NCBI GenBank assembly: GCA_964479535.1
Contig: CAYZMM010000003.1
Location: 193,467-257,466 of the forward strand
Source of the DNA: an uncultured Thermodesulfobacteriota bacterium
GTDB taxonomy: Bacteria > Desulfobacterota > DSWW01
Direction of reading: 5' to 3'
DNA length: 64,000 nt
Shown here piece by piece: positions 52,333 to 62,046 of this stretch. Both the position numbers and the translations under genes were made by a program. Positions within the stretch are counted from its first letter, which is position 1. Each line of letters begins with the position of its first letter. The notes beneath the pieces are model-generated. The model worked only from the letters and a program-made list of their open reading frames with translations. It searched no databases and had not been told where the DNA came from.

Positions 52333-53811
52333 TCACAGCTGAATACAGACCGCTTTCTTCTCCGTATAGAGTTCAATTGCGTCATGTCCCATTTCCCGGC
52401 CCCATCCGGACTGCTTGTACCCGCCAAAAGGAAGGGCCGCGTCGAATATGTTGTAGCAGTTGATCCACACCGTGCCTGCGCGGATCTTCGCCGCCAGGCG
52501 ATGCGCGGTGCGTACGTCCTTTGTCCAGATGCCCGCAGCCAGGCCGTATACGGTGTCGTTGGCCAGGGCCTCGATTTCGTCGAGATTCTTGTACGGCGTC
52601 GCCGTGACGACCGGACCGAAAATCTCCTCCTGTTCGATCTTCATGTCCCTCCGGGTGTTGGTGATCACCGTCGGCTCCACGAAATAGCCTTTCTCTCCCA
52701 TCCTGTGCCCCCCCACCACCACCTTCGCTCCCTCCTGAAGACCGGAATCCAGGTAACCGCATACACGGTGGAGCTGCTCTCTCGAGACGAGGGGACCCAT
52801 CTGGGTCATCGGGTCCATTCCCGGGCCGACGCGGATCCTGGATGCGTGATCCGCCACCCCTTCGACCACCCGATCGAAGATGCGCTGATCCACGAAGAGG
52901 CGGGACCCGGCGCAACAGCACTGTCCGTGGTTGAAGAAGATCGCATTGGCTGCTCCCGGCACGGCAACCTCCAGGTCCGCATCGTGAAAGACGATATTGG
53001 GCGACTTGCCGCCCAGTTCCAGGGAGACCTTCTTCAAGTTGCCCTGCGCCGCCTGCAGGATCAGCTTGCCGACCTCGGTCGAGCCGGTGAAAGCCACCTT
53101 GTCCACGTCCGGGTGTGCAGCCAGCGCGGCCCCCGCCGTTTCTCCGTATCCGGGCACGATGTTCACCACCCCATCCGGGAAGCCGGCTTCCTGGATCAGC
53201 TCCCCGAGACGAAGCGAGGTGAGGGGCGTCTGCTCCGCCGGTTTCAGGACGACCGTGCAGCCTGAGGCGAGAGCCGGCCCCAGTTTCCAGGCGGCCATGA
53301 GGAGCGAGAAGTCCCAGGGAATGATCTGCCCCACCACTCCGACCGGCTCACGCACGGTGTAGGCGTGGTACCGGCTTTCCGGCGCATACGGTACGGATAT
53401 GGGGATCGTGTTCCCTTCGATCTTCGTTGCCCAGCCCGCCATGTATCGGAACATGTCCACGGCGAGCGGAACGTCTGCGACCCGCGACACCGTGATCGGC
53501 TTTCCGTTGTCAAGGGTCTCCAGCTGTGCGAACTCCTCGAGGTGCTCCTCCATCATGTCGGCGAGCTTCCAGAGAAGACGACCGCGCTCGGACGGCGTCA
53601 TCCTGGGCCAGGGACCGTCTTCGAAAGCCTTTCGGGCCGCCTTCACGGCCTGGTCGATGTCTTCCTCGACGCCCTCTGCCACCTGGGTGATGACTTCGTC
53701 CGTGGCCGGATCGTATGTGGGAAAGGTCATGCCCGAGATCGAGTCGATCCACTCGCCCCCGACCAGCAGTTTTTTCGGCCTGGACATGAACCCCTTCACG
53801 GGCTCTACCAT
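52333..53811 (-). CDS. NAD(P)+-dependent aldehyde dehydrogenase
   Basis: Catalytic ...ELGGKSP... and FFNHGQCCCAGSR Cys motif. GGAGG RBS. Confidence 0.9.
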   Translation of the reverse strand: MVEPVKGFMSRPKKLLVGGEWIDSISGMTFPTYDPATDEVITQVAEGVEEDIDQAVKAARKAFEDGPWPRMTPSERGRLLWKLADMMEEHLEEFAQLETLDNGKPITVSRVADVPLAVDMFRYMAGWATKIEGNTIPISVPYAPESRYHAYTVREPVGVVGQIIPWDFSLLMAAWKLGPALASGCTVVLKPAEQTPLTSLRLGELIQEAGFPDGVVNIVPGYGETAGAALAAHPDVDKVAFTGSTEVGKLILQAAQGNLKKVSLELGGKSPNIVFHDADLEVAVPGAANAIFFNHGQCCCAGSRLFVDQRIFDRVVEGVADHASRIRVGPGMDPMTQMGPLVSREQLHRVCGYLDSGLQEGAKVVVGGHRMGEKGYFVEPTVITNTRRDMKIEQEEIFGPVVTATPYKNLDEIEALANDTVYGLAAGIWTKDVRTAHRLAAKIRAGTVWINCYNIFDAALPFGGYKQSGWGREMGHDAIELYTEKKAVCIQL

Positions 53812-54128
53812 GATGAACCTCCTTCTTTTATGGATAAGGTACCCTGCAAGGCACGCTGACTATCGGGACGAAACGTCCTTGCTGTCCCACATCTTTTCGA
53901 TGGTGGCGCAGATTGAAACGATTCCCGTGGTGTATGTGAGGAAGCCCTGGACCCAGGGCATGGCGGAAGACATGCTATACATCTCGGACAGGCTCACTCG
54001 ACTCAGCGAAGAGTGGAAGAGAACCGATCAGGGGAGGATAGAGGCTGCAGAGGAGAGAATCCATCTTCTTGGCCGTACCGAGAGAAGCTAGCCCTGCGCG
54101 TTGTACGAAGCCCTGCATGGAACCGCCG

Positions 54129-55610
54129 TCACGTACGGGTCTCCTCGCTGCCGTCGTACCTGTAGACGACCTCTTCGCCCTTCACGACGGAAGCAAGGTG
54201 GACCGGGCGACCCCACAGATAGAAGATCGCTTCCATCGTCTTGCGGCGATACTCATCGTCCAGTTCGATCCCTTCATAGGCGTGCTTCAGATACAGCTCC
54301 CGCCTCCCCTTGTAATCCCCGTCCTCTACCCGTACCACGGGGATTCCGAAGTTGCTCAGATACGCCACGAGCATGTTCTTCACCGCCCTCCAGTCACGGT
54401 CCTGCACCGCGTACTGGATCTCGCCGTTCAGGTTCCGTCCCTGATAGAGGTAGAGCTCGAGACGCTCCACGAGTTCTCTGGTGAGGAAGGCCTCGACGAA
54501 GAAGCGATCCGTGTACCCCTGTCTGACTTCGAGCATCTTCGCTCTTCCCTGCCCCAGTTCCAGGTCCCACTTCTCTCGCTCGCGAGGGTCCTCACACTCC
54601 TCCCATTCCCGACCGAACCGTCCCTTGTTCCATCGTTCCTCGATATCCTCGAAGATCTTCAAACCCACGAGATACGGATTGATCGTGCGGGGGTTGGGTG
54701 CGAGGACCTGTGCGTTGCAGTAGTTGTACGCCCCGTGCTCTTCGCTGCTGAGGTGCCCTTCCTCGAAGAGGCGGTCCATGATTCGCATGTGCCAGTAGGC
54801 CGCCCACCCCTCGTTCATGATCTTCGTACGTCTCTGGGGAAGAAAGCAGAGCGATTGCTCCCGGAGGACCGACAGGACGTCCGTCTCCCATTCCTCCAGC
54901 GGCTTCGGAGAGTGGCTGAGGATGTACAGGAGCAGGTCCCGTTCCGGCCTCTCCGGCCTCCTACGGACCGGAGAACCCTGTTCCGGTCCCTTCGACTCCT
55001 CCGGCGGCTCCTTTCTCGGCAGGAGCTCGGAATAGGGGGGTCCTTTCGGCGGTTCCTCCTGACGATTCGCCTCCCGCCGACCTTTCCGCTTCTCGAAGAT
55101 CTCGCTCGTCAGGCCCTCCGGATCCACATTCAACTCGATGCTGAGTCCCGCATCGATCAAACGCTCCACCCGCTCCGTACCCTCCTCTTTCTCGTACGCC
55201 TGAAACCGCAGCGCGCTGGACGCGGCCGAAGGAAGCATGTCACGCCGCGTGGCCTTGAAGTGGAAATTGTTCTTCATGAAATCGTTGTGGCCGTAGACGT
55301 GTGCCATGACCATGACCTGTACGGGCAGGGAGTTCGTGTTCATCAGATAGGCGCGGCTCGGGTCGGAGTTCAGAACCACCTCATACGGGATGCCCAGTCC
55401 ATGTTCGTACCGGGTCCTCGCCTCTTCGTAATCCCGGCCGAAGGACCAGTGAGAGAAGTTGACCGGGAAGCGGTAGGCCATGATCTCGAGCATCTTCTGG
55501 GCCGGCACGACGTCGAATTCCTGCTCGAAGAAATCGAGGCCGAATTCCCGTGCAAGTCCCTGGATCTTTTCGTCGAACCAGGCCAGACGGTCCAGGGTGG
55601 CATTCAACAT
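54129..55610 (-). CDS. spoVR: SpoVR/YcgB-family protein
   Basis: 493 aa; SpoVR family by sequence and by conserved operon position after prkA and yeaH. Confidence 0.85.
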   Translation of the reverse strand: MLNATLDRLAWFDEKIQGLAREFGLDFFEQEFDVVPAQKMLEIMAYRFPVNFSHWSFGRDYEEARTRYEHGLGIPYEVVLNSDPSRAYLMNTNSLPVQVMVMAHVYGHNDFMKNNFHFKATRRDMLPSAASSALRFQAYEKEEGTERVERLIDAGLSIELNVDPEGLTSEIFEKRKGRREANRQEEPPKGPPYSELLPRKEPPEESKGPEQGSPVRRRPERPERDLLLYILSHSPKPLEEWETDVLSVLREQSLCFLPQRRTKIMNEGWAAYWHMRIMDRLFEEGHLSSEEHGAYNYCNAQVLAPNPRTINPYLVGLKIFEDIEERWNKGRFGREWEECEDPREREKWDLELGQGRAKMLEVRQGYTDRFFVEAFLTRELVERLELYLYQGRNLNGEIQYAVQDRDWRAVKNMLVAYLSNFGIPVVRVEDGDYKGRRELYLKHAYEGIELDDEYRRKTMEAIFYLWGRPVHLASVVKGEEVVYRYDGSEETRT

Positions 55611-55628
55611 GGGGGCTCCCTCCCATCG

Positions 55629-56954
55629 TCAACGAAAGGTTCTGTCCTTCTTCAGGAACTCCCTCACCGCAGGGTAGACGTGCTCTTTCCTCTTCAGAAT
55701 CACTCCGGCAAACGGCAGCGACGGATCCTTGCTCGCCACCGAGAGGAAGCCGTCCTGGCTCACCGAGTCCCTCTTGAGCTGGAACTCCCCCACAAAGGTC
55801 GTCATCAGATTCGAGAGATCGTAGAGACCTGTCTGGATCTCTGCGTAGCCCATCATGTTCACGCCCAGTTCCATCAGCCTGCGCGCAGCCGCCACGGCCC
55901 GGTCCGGCTCGAAATCCTCGCCGTCCGAGAAATGGAATCCGTAGACGTTCCATTTCGAAGACGGGTATTCCGTCTGGACGAGGTAGCTGGCCATGTCATA
56001 GGCCGAGCGACAAAAGGTGCCCCCGCTCTCCCCTTTGTGAAAGAAGGTTTCCTCATCCACGAGCCGGGCTTCCGTGGTGTGCGCAATGAACCGGATCTCG
56101 ACCGTCCTGTAGATCTGGCGAAGGGACTCGACGAGCCAGAAGAAGAAAGACCGCGCCAGGTACTTCTTCGTAGTGCCCATGCTCCCGGACACATCCATCA
56201 TTGCAAGAACGGCTGCATGGGACTGCGTTTCCACGTCCTGTTCCGGAATTCTGTAGCGGAGGTCCTCGTCGAAGAGGTAGGTGACCGGACCTCTTCCCCT
56301 TTCTTCCTCAATCGTGTCGCCATCGACACGCACGAGCATCCGCTTGGCCCCAAGCAGGTCGCCCTTCGCTTCGGAGAGCGCCTTTCGGCACTCCTCCTCA
56401 GAGGCCCCGGTCTCGCGCATCAACTCCGCCACGAAACTCGCCTCCCGCTTGATCGCCTCTTTCACCGTTCGCTTCTTGTCGAGATGGGCGGCCAGTCCCT
56501 TCTTCTCGATATCTTCGAACTTCCATCCACGGGGAACGATGGTTTCCGCCTGCTTCTTCTCTTTCAGGTTGGGCAACCCGAGGTCCTCGAGCATCATCTC
56601 GATCAGTTCGTCGATGTCGACCTCCGTCTCCAGGTAGTCGAAGCCCGGCTGGTCTCCCGCCTTTCCGGGAGACTGCCCAGGTGCGGGCTGCCGTCCGACC
56701 ACATCGCCCTTCTCTCCCGCGCCCTGCCCGATCCCCTTGCCTCCCTCACTCTCGCGCCGGAAGATGAACCGGTAGCTCTTCAAGCCCCGTATCGGAACCT
56801 TCACGATCTGCCCCTTCCGGCGGGTGATGATCGACGTGTCGCCGATGATCTCCGCGATGTTGCTGCGGATCGCCTCTTTCTTCTTTTCCCTGTGGCGTGC
56901 GGCATCCGCAAGGCCCCGCTTGGAAAGTCCCCAGTCCAGCTTCTTGACGGCCAT
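55629..56954 (-). CDS. YeaH/YhbH (DUF444) vWA-domain protein
   Basis: DUF444 with C-terminal vWA-like region. 13-nt gap after prkA. Confidence 0.85.
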   Translation of the reverse strand: MAVKKLDWGLSKRGLADAARHREKKKEAIRSNIAEIIGDTSIITRRKGQIVKVPIRGLKSYRFIFRRESEGGKGIGQGAGEKGDVVGRQPAPGQSPGKAGDQPGFDYLETEVDIDELIEMMLEDLGLPNLKEKKQAETIVPRGWKFEDIEKKGLAAHLDKKRTVKEAIKREASFVAELMRETGASEEECRKALSEAKGDLLGAKRMLVRVDGDTIEEERGRGPVTYLFDEDLRYRIPEQDVETQSHAAVLAMMDVSGSMGTTKKYLARSFFFWLVESLRQIYRTVEIRFIAHTTEARLVDEETFFHKGESGGTFCRSAYDMASYLVQTEYPSSKWNVYGFHFSDGEDFEPDRAVAAARRLMELGVNMMGYAEIQTGLYDLSNLMTTFVGEFQLKRDSVSQDGFLSVASKDPSLPFAGVILKRKEHVYPAVREFLKKDRTFR

Positions 56955-56967
56955 CCTTCGGATCCTC

Positions 56968-58932
56968 TCATTCGCCCCTGCGGAGGATGTCCCCCACGTA
57001 CTGGAGCAGATTGTCCGCACACACCGGGCAGTAACCCTTCTGCTGCAGGGCCTCTGCGGCGTCCTGACGCCGCTTCACGGTCTTCGGGTCTTTCCGCGTC
57101 TTGTCCGAGATCGTAAGAGAGACGACGTTCTTCAGGTCGCCGATCAGCTTCCGTTCGATCGCCTCCTGGAGAGGCTGATAGGTGCTGAAATCGAAGTCCT
57201 TGCCCTGGTCGATTGCCACGCTCTTGAACACGAAGATCCCCTGACGGAATTCCCGCTTCGCGTTCTCCGAGATACCGATCATCTCCTCGATGCTTCGCAT
57301 CAGTCGCTCGTCCGGATCCTCTTCATCACCGGTCACCGGGTCCCGGATCTTGCTCTGGGTACAGTAGGCCGTTGCATTCTTCATGTAGTTGTCGAACAGG
57401 GCTTGCGCCTGGTCTTCGTAGGCAAACAGGAAGGCGCGGTTCACTTCCTTCTTCGCCACCTCCCTGTATTCGCTCAGCACGCTGTCCTTCTCGCCCACGA
57501 GAAGATTCAGGTACCTCGCCTTATCCTCTTCGGTGAAACCGATGTGGTGTTCGAAATTGGCGCGCAGGGCGCGTATGACGTCCAGGGGATTGATGCAGTT
57601 CGCCTGCTCTTTGGCCCCCATGGCCACGCTCAGGCCGTTCACCACGAACCGGGGGCTGATACCGGACATCCCCTCTCCCTTCCTCTTGCCTTCCAGGCGA
57701 AGCTGAATGAGATCCAGTTTCTCCTGATCCTTGTCCGTGATCGCGTCTCCGTTGTAGTACTTCATCTTCTTGACGAGGTTCGGGCAGAGGTCGCTCTCCG
57801 TCATGCGCGTCAGGACCGCGAACTGGGCCGCCGTCTTCAGGGCGTGGGGCGCCAGGTGCACTTCCTGAAAAGCGCTTCTGTCGATCATCTTCTGATAGAT
57901 CTTCTCCTCATCATCGATCCGGAGGTTGTACGGGACGTAGATGGGGTACATGCGGTCGTGAAGGGCCTCGTTTTCCTTGATCGCCTTGAACTTGTCGAAC
58001 TCCGTCTGGTTGGTGTGCGAAACGATGACCTCGTCCACGTAGATTTGCGGGAACCCGGGCGCCTTGAGCACCTGCTCCTGAGCGACCGTGATCAGGATGT
58101 AGTGGAACTTGATGTCACACTTCAGGATCTCGATGTACTCCATGAGCCCACGGTTGGCTATCTCGAGCTCCCCGTCCAGCTTGTAGGCCCTCGGGTCCGT
58201 CTCCCCGTACTGGGTGATCTTGGAAAGGTCCACACGCCCGATCAGCTCGGCAATGTCCTGGTTCTTCGGGTCCGAGGGCTGAAAGGTGCCGATCCCGCAG
58301 CGGGCCCGCTCGTCCAGCTGAATCTGTACCACGGGGAACTGCTCCCACAGGACGTTTCCCTCACCGTCGCGGAATTCGTCCTGTTCGAGCAGTTTGAAGC
58401 GGCACACGGGACAGAGGTCCCCTTCGATCTTCACGTCCAGGATCTCCTCCCATTTCGCCCTGTGGTCCCTCGGAATGAGATGCAGGGGCTCTTCGTGAAT
58501 GGGGCACCCCTTGATCGCGAAGATGGGCGTCGGATCCCTTTCCAGACCTCGACGAAGAAGTGCGGCAATGGTCGACTTGCCGCTCGAAACCGGCCCCACC
58601 AGGATCAGGATGCGCTTTCCCGTTTCGGCCCGCCTGGCGCCCGCCTTGAAGAACTTCATGATGTCATGGAGGGGCTCCTCCAGGCCGAAGATCTCCTCGT
58701 CGAAAAAAAGATACCGCACCATGTCCTCGTAATCCGGCAGAAGGAGATCCTCTCCCACGGACTCGGTTCCAGGCTCCATCACCATGTTGTAAAGCCTGCC
58801 GGGGGCCAGCTGTGCAATGGCAGGATCCTCTTTCACGCGCACCATGTACTCGAGGCAGGTCCCCTCCCAGAGGGCTACCGTTTCCTGTCTTCTCGACTCT
58901 TCTATGAGGTCCTTGAAGTCGCGGGTGGGCAT
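56968..58932 (-). CDS. prkA: PrkA/YeaG AAA+ serine protein kinase
   Basis: Walker A GPVSSGKST. PrkA N-terminal ...LWEGT..EYM..VKEDP.... Confidence 0.9.
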   Translation of the reverse strand: MPTRDFKDLIEESRRQETVALWEGTCLEYMVRVKEDPAIAQLAPGRLYNMVMEPGTESVGEDLLLPDYEDMVRYLFFDEEIFGLEEPLHDIMKFFKAGARRAETGKRILILVGPVSSGKSTIAALLRRGLERDPTPIFAIKGCPIHEEPLHLIPRDHRAKWEEILDVKIEGDLCPVCRFKLLEQDEFRDGEGNVLWEQFPVVQIQLDERARCGIGTFQPSDPKNQDIAELIGRVDLSKITQYGETDPRAYKLDGELEIANRGLMEYIEILKCDIKFHYILITVAQEQVLKAPGFPQIYVDEVIVSHTNQTEFDKFKAIKENEALHDRMYPIYVPYNLRIDDEEKIYQKMIDRSAFQEVHLAPHALKTAAQFAVLTRMTESDLCPNLVKKMKYYNGDAITDKDQEKLDLIQLRLEGKRKGEGMSGISPRFVVNGLSVAMGAKEQANCINPLDVIRALRANFEHHIGFTEEDKARYLNLLVGEKDSVLSEYREVAKKEVNRAFLFAYEDQAQALFDNYMKNATAYCTQSKIRDPVTGDEEDPDERLMRSIEEMIGISENAKREFRQGIFVFKSVAIDQGKDFDFSTYQPLQEAIERKLIGDLKNVVSLTISDKTRKDPKTVKRRQDAAEALQQKGYCPVCADNLLQYVGDILRRGE

Positions 58933-59180
58933 GGAATCACCTCCGATCGTGATCGAAGCCGGTTCTTTTATCCGTGAATTGAATACAGGTCTAATTAGTC
59001 TGACGAGTCGAAGGAGGGGAGGGTTCCTCGATGGAAGGGTACCTCGCCAGAGGACGCTGCCCGAGTCGAGTCCGGTCCCGGTTCTGGGCCCTGCGACGAG
59101 GATGCTCAGCTGAAGATGAACACGTATTCAGTTCACACCTCGGCCGTTATGTCAATGGGGAGAACCCGGGTATCCTTCGG

Positions 59181-59657
59181 TTACTTTCGATACCCGTTCA
59201 GAAAGCGGCCGAGAAAGGTACGCTGGCTCGGCGAGATCACCACGTGCTCCCTCAGCTCGTGGAGCCGCAGGATCGCCTGCTCCGCACCCAGCGACTCCTC
59301 TCGGCCGAGCCAGGCGGCCAGCACGGTGCCCGTGCGCCCTCGCCCCTCCAGACAATGCACTGCAACGCCGCACCCTTCCTTCAGGCAATTGCCGATGAAA
59401 CCGATGGCCCGGTCCATCGCCTCCGGCGAAGGGGGCTCACAATCCTCGATCGGCTCGTGGTGGTTCAGAAAGCCGGCGGCCCGGTAGTCCTCGCCGTAGA
59501 GATTGTCCTCCGTCAAGGTCAGAATCGCGCCGATGCCCCGCTCCTTCAGCAGCGCGAGGGTGGCGCCCATCTTCCCGGACCAGGGTTCCGACATGCCCGC
59601 CACGGGGTAGGTGTGAAGATAACCGAAACGAATCTCACGGAGGATCGGATGGGTCAT
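59181..59657 (-). CDS. dual-specificity / tyrosine protein phosphatase
   Basis: HCxxGxxR loop VHCLEGRGRTG. Confidence 0.75.
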   Translation of the reverse strand: MTHPILREIRFGYLHTYPVAGMSEPWSGKMGATLALLKERGIGAILTLTEDNLYGEDYRAAGFLNHHEPIEDCEPPSPEAMDRAIGFIGNCLKEGCGVAVHCLEGRGRTGTVLAAWLGREESLGAEQAILRLHELREHVVISPSQRTFLGRFLNGYRK

Positions 59658-59670
59658 ATCGCATCCCGAG

Positions 59671-60585
59671 TTATACCAGAGGATCCCAGCCGATGTACTC
59701 GGGGGAGGTGTCCAGCGGAGAGAAATGGCTCTTCATGGACGCTTCCAGCACCTCGGACAGGTCCTCGATCTTCCACCCCTCGGAGTTGTGCATGCTGCGC
59801 ACGATGCGGGGCTGGGAGAAGAGGTAGATCTCCTTGCCGCGGACGCCGAAGACCTGGCCGGAGATGCCGGCGGCCTTCTCCCCGGCCAGGAACACGGCCA
59901 GAGACGCAACGTCGGCAGGGAGCATCTTCTTCAGTTTCTCGACCCGTTTCTTCTGCGCCTCGGTTTCGGTGGGGATCGTGGCGGTCAAGCGGGTCCAGGC
60001 AAAGGGGGCGATGCAGTTGGAGGTCACGTTGTATTTCCGCATCTCCATGGCCGTGATCTTGCTCAGGGCGACGGTTCCCATCTTGGCCGCCCCGTAATTC
60101 GACTGGCCGATGTTTCCGATCAATCCCGAGGTGGATGTGAAGTTCACGAAACACCCGGACTTCTGTTCCCTCATGTGGGGGGCGGCCGCACGGATGCAGT
60201 TGAAGGTTCCCTTCAGGTGCACTCCCACCACCGAGTCCCATTCCTCCTCGCTCATCTTGAACACCATCCGGTCCCGGGCGATCCCGGCGTTGTTCACCAC
60301 CACATCGATCCTGCCGAAGCTGTCGAGGGCCGTCTGAATGATTCGGTGCGCCCCGTCCCACGAGGCGACCGAGTCCGGGTTGCTCACCGCCTCGCCGCCG
60401 TACCCCTCGATCTCTTCGATCACCTTGGCCGCCACGTTCTTGTCTTCCCCCTCCCCGCGGTCGGAGGCGCCCAGGTCGTTGACCACCACCCTGGCCCCTT
60501 CCCTTGCCATCATGAGCGCGATCTCCCGCCCGATTCCGCGTCCAGCGCCTGTCACAACCGCCACCTTTCCTTCGAGATAGGCCAT
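59671..60585 (-). CDS. short-chain dehydrogenase/reductase (SDR)
   Basis: TGAGRGIG cofactor motif, NNAG, catalytic Y-x3-K (NYGAAK). Confidence 0.85.
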   Translation of the reverse strand: MAYLEGKVAVVTGAGRGIGREIALMMAREGARVVVNDLGASDRGEGEDKNVAAKVIEEIEGYGGEAVSNPDSVASWDGAHRIIQTALDSFGRIDVVVNNAGIARDRMVFKMSEEEWDSVVGVHLKGTFNCIRAAAPHMREQKSGCFVNFTSTSGLIGNIGQSNYGAAKMGTVALSKITAMEMRKYNVTSNCIAPFAWTRLTATIPTETEAQKKRVEKLKKMLPADVASLAVFLAGEKAAGISGQVFGVRGKEIYLFSQPRIVRSMHNSEGWKIEDLSEVLEASMKSHFSPLDTSPEYIGWDPLV

Positions 60586-60681
60586 GGTCTGTTTCCCCCT
60601 TTCACAACGTTGGACTCGACGCCGAGGGATTCCCGCTCCTGCCGGCGAATTGCAGGGGCAGGCCGCGCAGGCAGGGTCCGC

Positions 60682-61872
60682 TCAGTTTTCGCGCCGGATG
60701 ACCAGGGCGCAACTCACGCCCCCTCCCCCACAGATCGCGGCAATCCCGAACTCGCCGTCCACCCGCTCGAGGGCGTGGTAGAGGGTGATCACGATACGTG
60801 CACCGCTGCATCCGGTGGGGTGTCCCAGGGCGATGGCGCCCCCGTGGACATTCACCTTGTCTCGATCCCAACCCAGGACCCGCTCGTTGGCCAGCACCTG
60901 CGCGGCAAAGGCCTCGTTCACATCGATCAGGTCCATGTCCGACAGGGTCATGCCCGCCTTCTGAAGGGCCGCGGGGATCGCAACGCCCGGCCCCTCCCCC
61001 ATGACGGCGTTCTCAACCGCAACAGAGGCGTGGGCCAAGACGGAAAAGAGGGGACGAAGGCCCCGGCGGTACGCCTCTTCCCTGGACATCATCACCATGG
61101 CGCAGGCGCCGTCCGTCATCCCGCAGGCGTTGCCCGCCGTAACCGAACCCTCCTTCTTGAAGGCCGCCCGCAGCTTGCCGAGCCTCTCCAGGCTCGAGTC
61201 CCGACGGATGGACTCATCCTTCTCGAAAAAGAATCCCGGTTTCTTTCCCCTCGCCGGAACCTCCACGGGGGTGATCTCCCGGTCGAACCAGCCCTCGTCC
61301 TGGGCCCGGCCCGCCTTCCGGTGGCTGGAAAGGGCGAAGGCATCCATCTCTTCCCTTCCGATCCCGTATTTGTCCACCAGGTTCTCGGCGGTCATCCCCA
61401 TACCGTATCCGACGAAAGGGTCCACGGAATCGCCCCAGCCGTCCTGCAGGACCTTGTCCCCCATACGAAGGCCTTCCCACCGGGCCCCCTTCAGCAGATA
61501 GGGGATCGTGCTCATGCTCTCCATTCCCCCCACCAGCATGATCTTCACGTCTCCGAGGCAAATCATCTGTGTCGCCATGATGGCGGCCTTCATGGAGGAG
61601 GGGCATGCATCGTTGACCGTGGTGGCGTGCACGTGGGTCGGAACCCCTGCGAGCAGGGCGGCCGTTCGGCCCGGGTTCGGGCCGTTGCCCGCCTGGCGGG
61701 TATTGCCGTACAGGACCTCGTCGATGTCCGCCTCCGGAACATCCGCACGCCGGACCGCTTCCCGGATCGCGTGCTTCCCGATCTCGTACACGGGCAGGTC
61801 ACGAAGGCTGCCTCCAAAACTCCCCATCGGTGTCCGAACCGCGCTGAGAACAACCGCGTCCCTGGGATCCAT
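60682..61872 (-). CDS. acetyl-CoA C-acetyltransferase (thiolase)
   Basis: Thiolase active-site Cys (VNDACPSSM), C-terminal [10 protein letters not shown] and CGGGG motifs. Confidence 0.9.
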   Translation of the reverse strand: MDPRDAVVLSAVRTPMGSFGGSLRDLPVYEIGKHAIREAVRRADVPEADIDEVLYGNTRQAGNGPNPGRTAALLAGVPTHVHATTVNDACPSSMKAAIMATQMICLGDVKIMLVGGMESMSTIPYLLKGARWEGLRMGDKVLQDGWGDSVDPFVGYGMGMTAENLVDKYGIGREEMDAFALSSHRKAGRAQDEGWFDREITPVEVPARGKKPGFFFEKDESIRRDSSLERLGKLRAAFKKEGSVTAGNACGMTDGACAMVMMSREEAYRRGLRPLFSVLAHASVAVENAVMGEGPGVAIPAALQKAGMTLSDMDLIDVNEAFAAQVLANERVLGWDRDKVNVHGGAIALGHPTGCSGARIVITLYHALERVDGEFGIAAICGGGGVSCALVIRREN

Positions 61873-62046
61873 CTCGTCTCCTCCCTGTCTGCACGCACCA
61901 TCATACTAGGCATCACGGAACCCTGCAATCAACCCGGATACGGGCCGCATCCAAAAGATACGCACGGTGTCGTGGCTGCGGTGTGCTTTCCGCGTGGGCC
62001 GTCACCGGGTCGAGCAACAGCATCGATTCGCAACCAAGGAGCCTCC

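Noticed and set aside
53399-54091. 230-aa plus-strand ORF in the ALDH/spoVR intergenic region
   Set aside because: It mostly overlaps the ALDH 5' end in antisense. It has no RBS and a low-complexity Ser-rich sequence.
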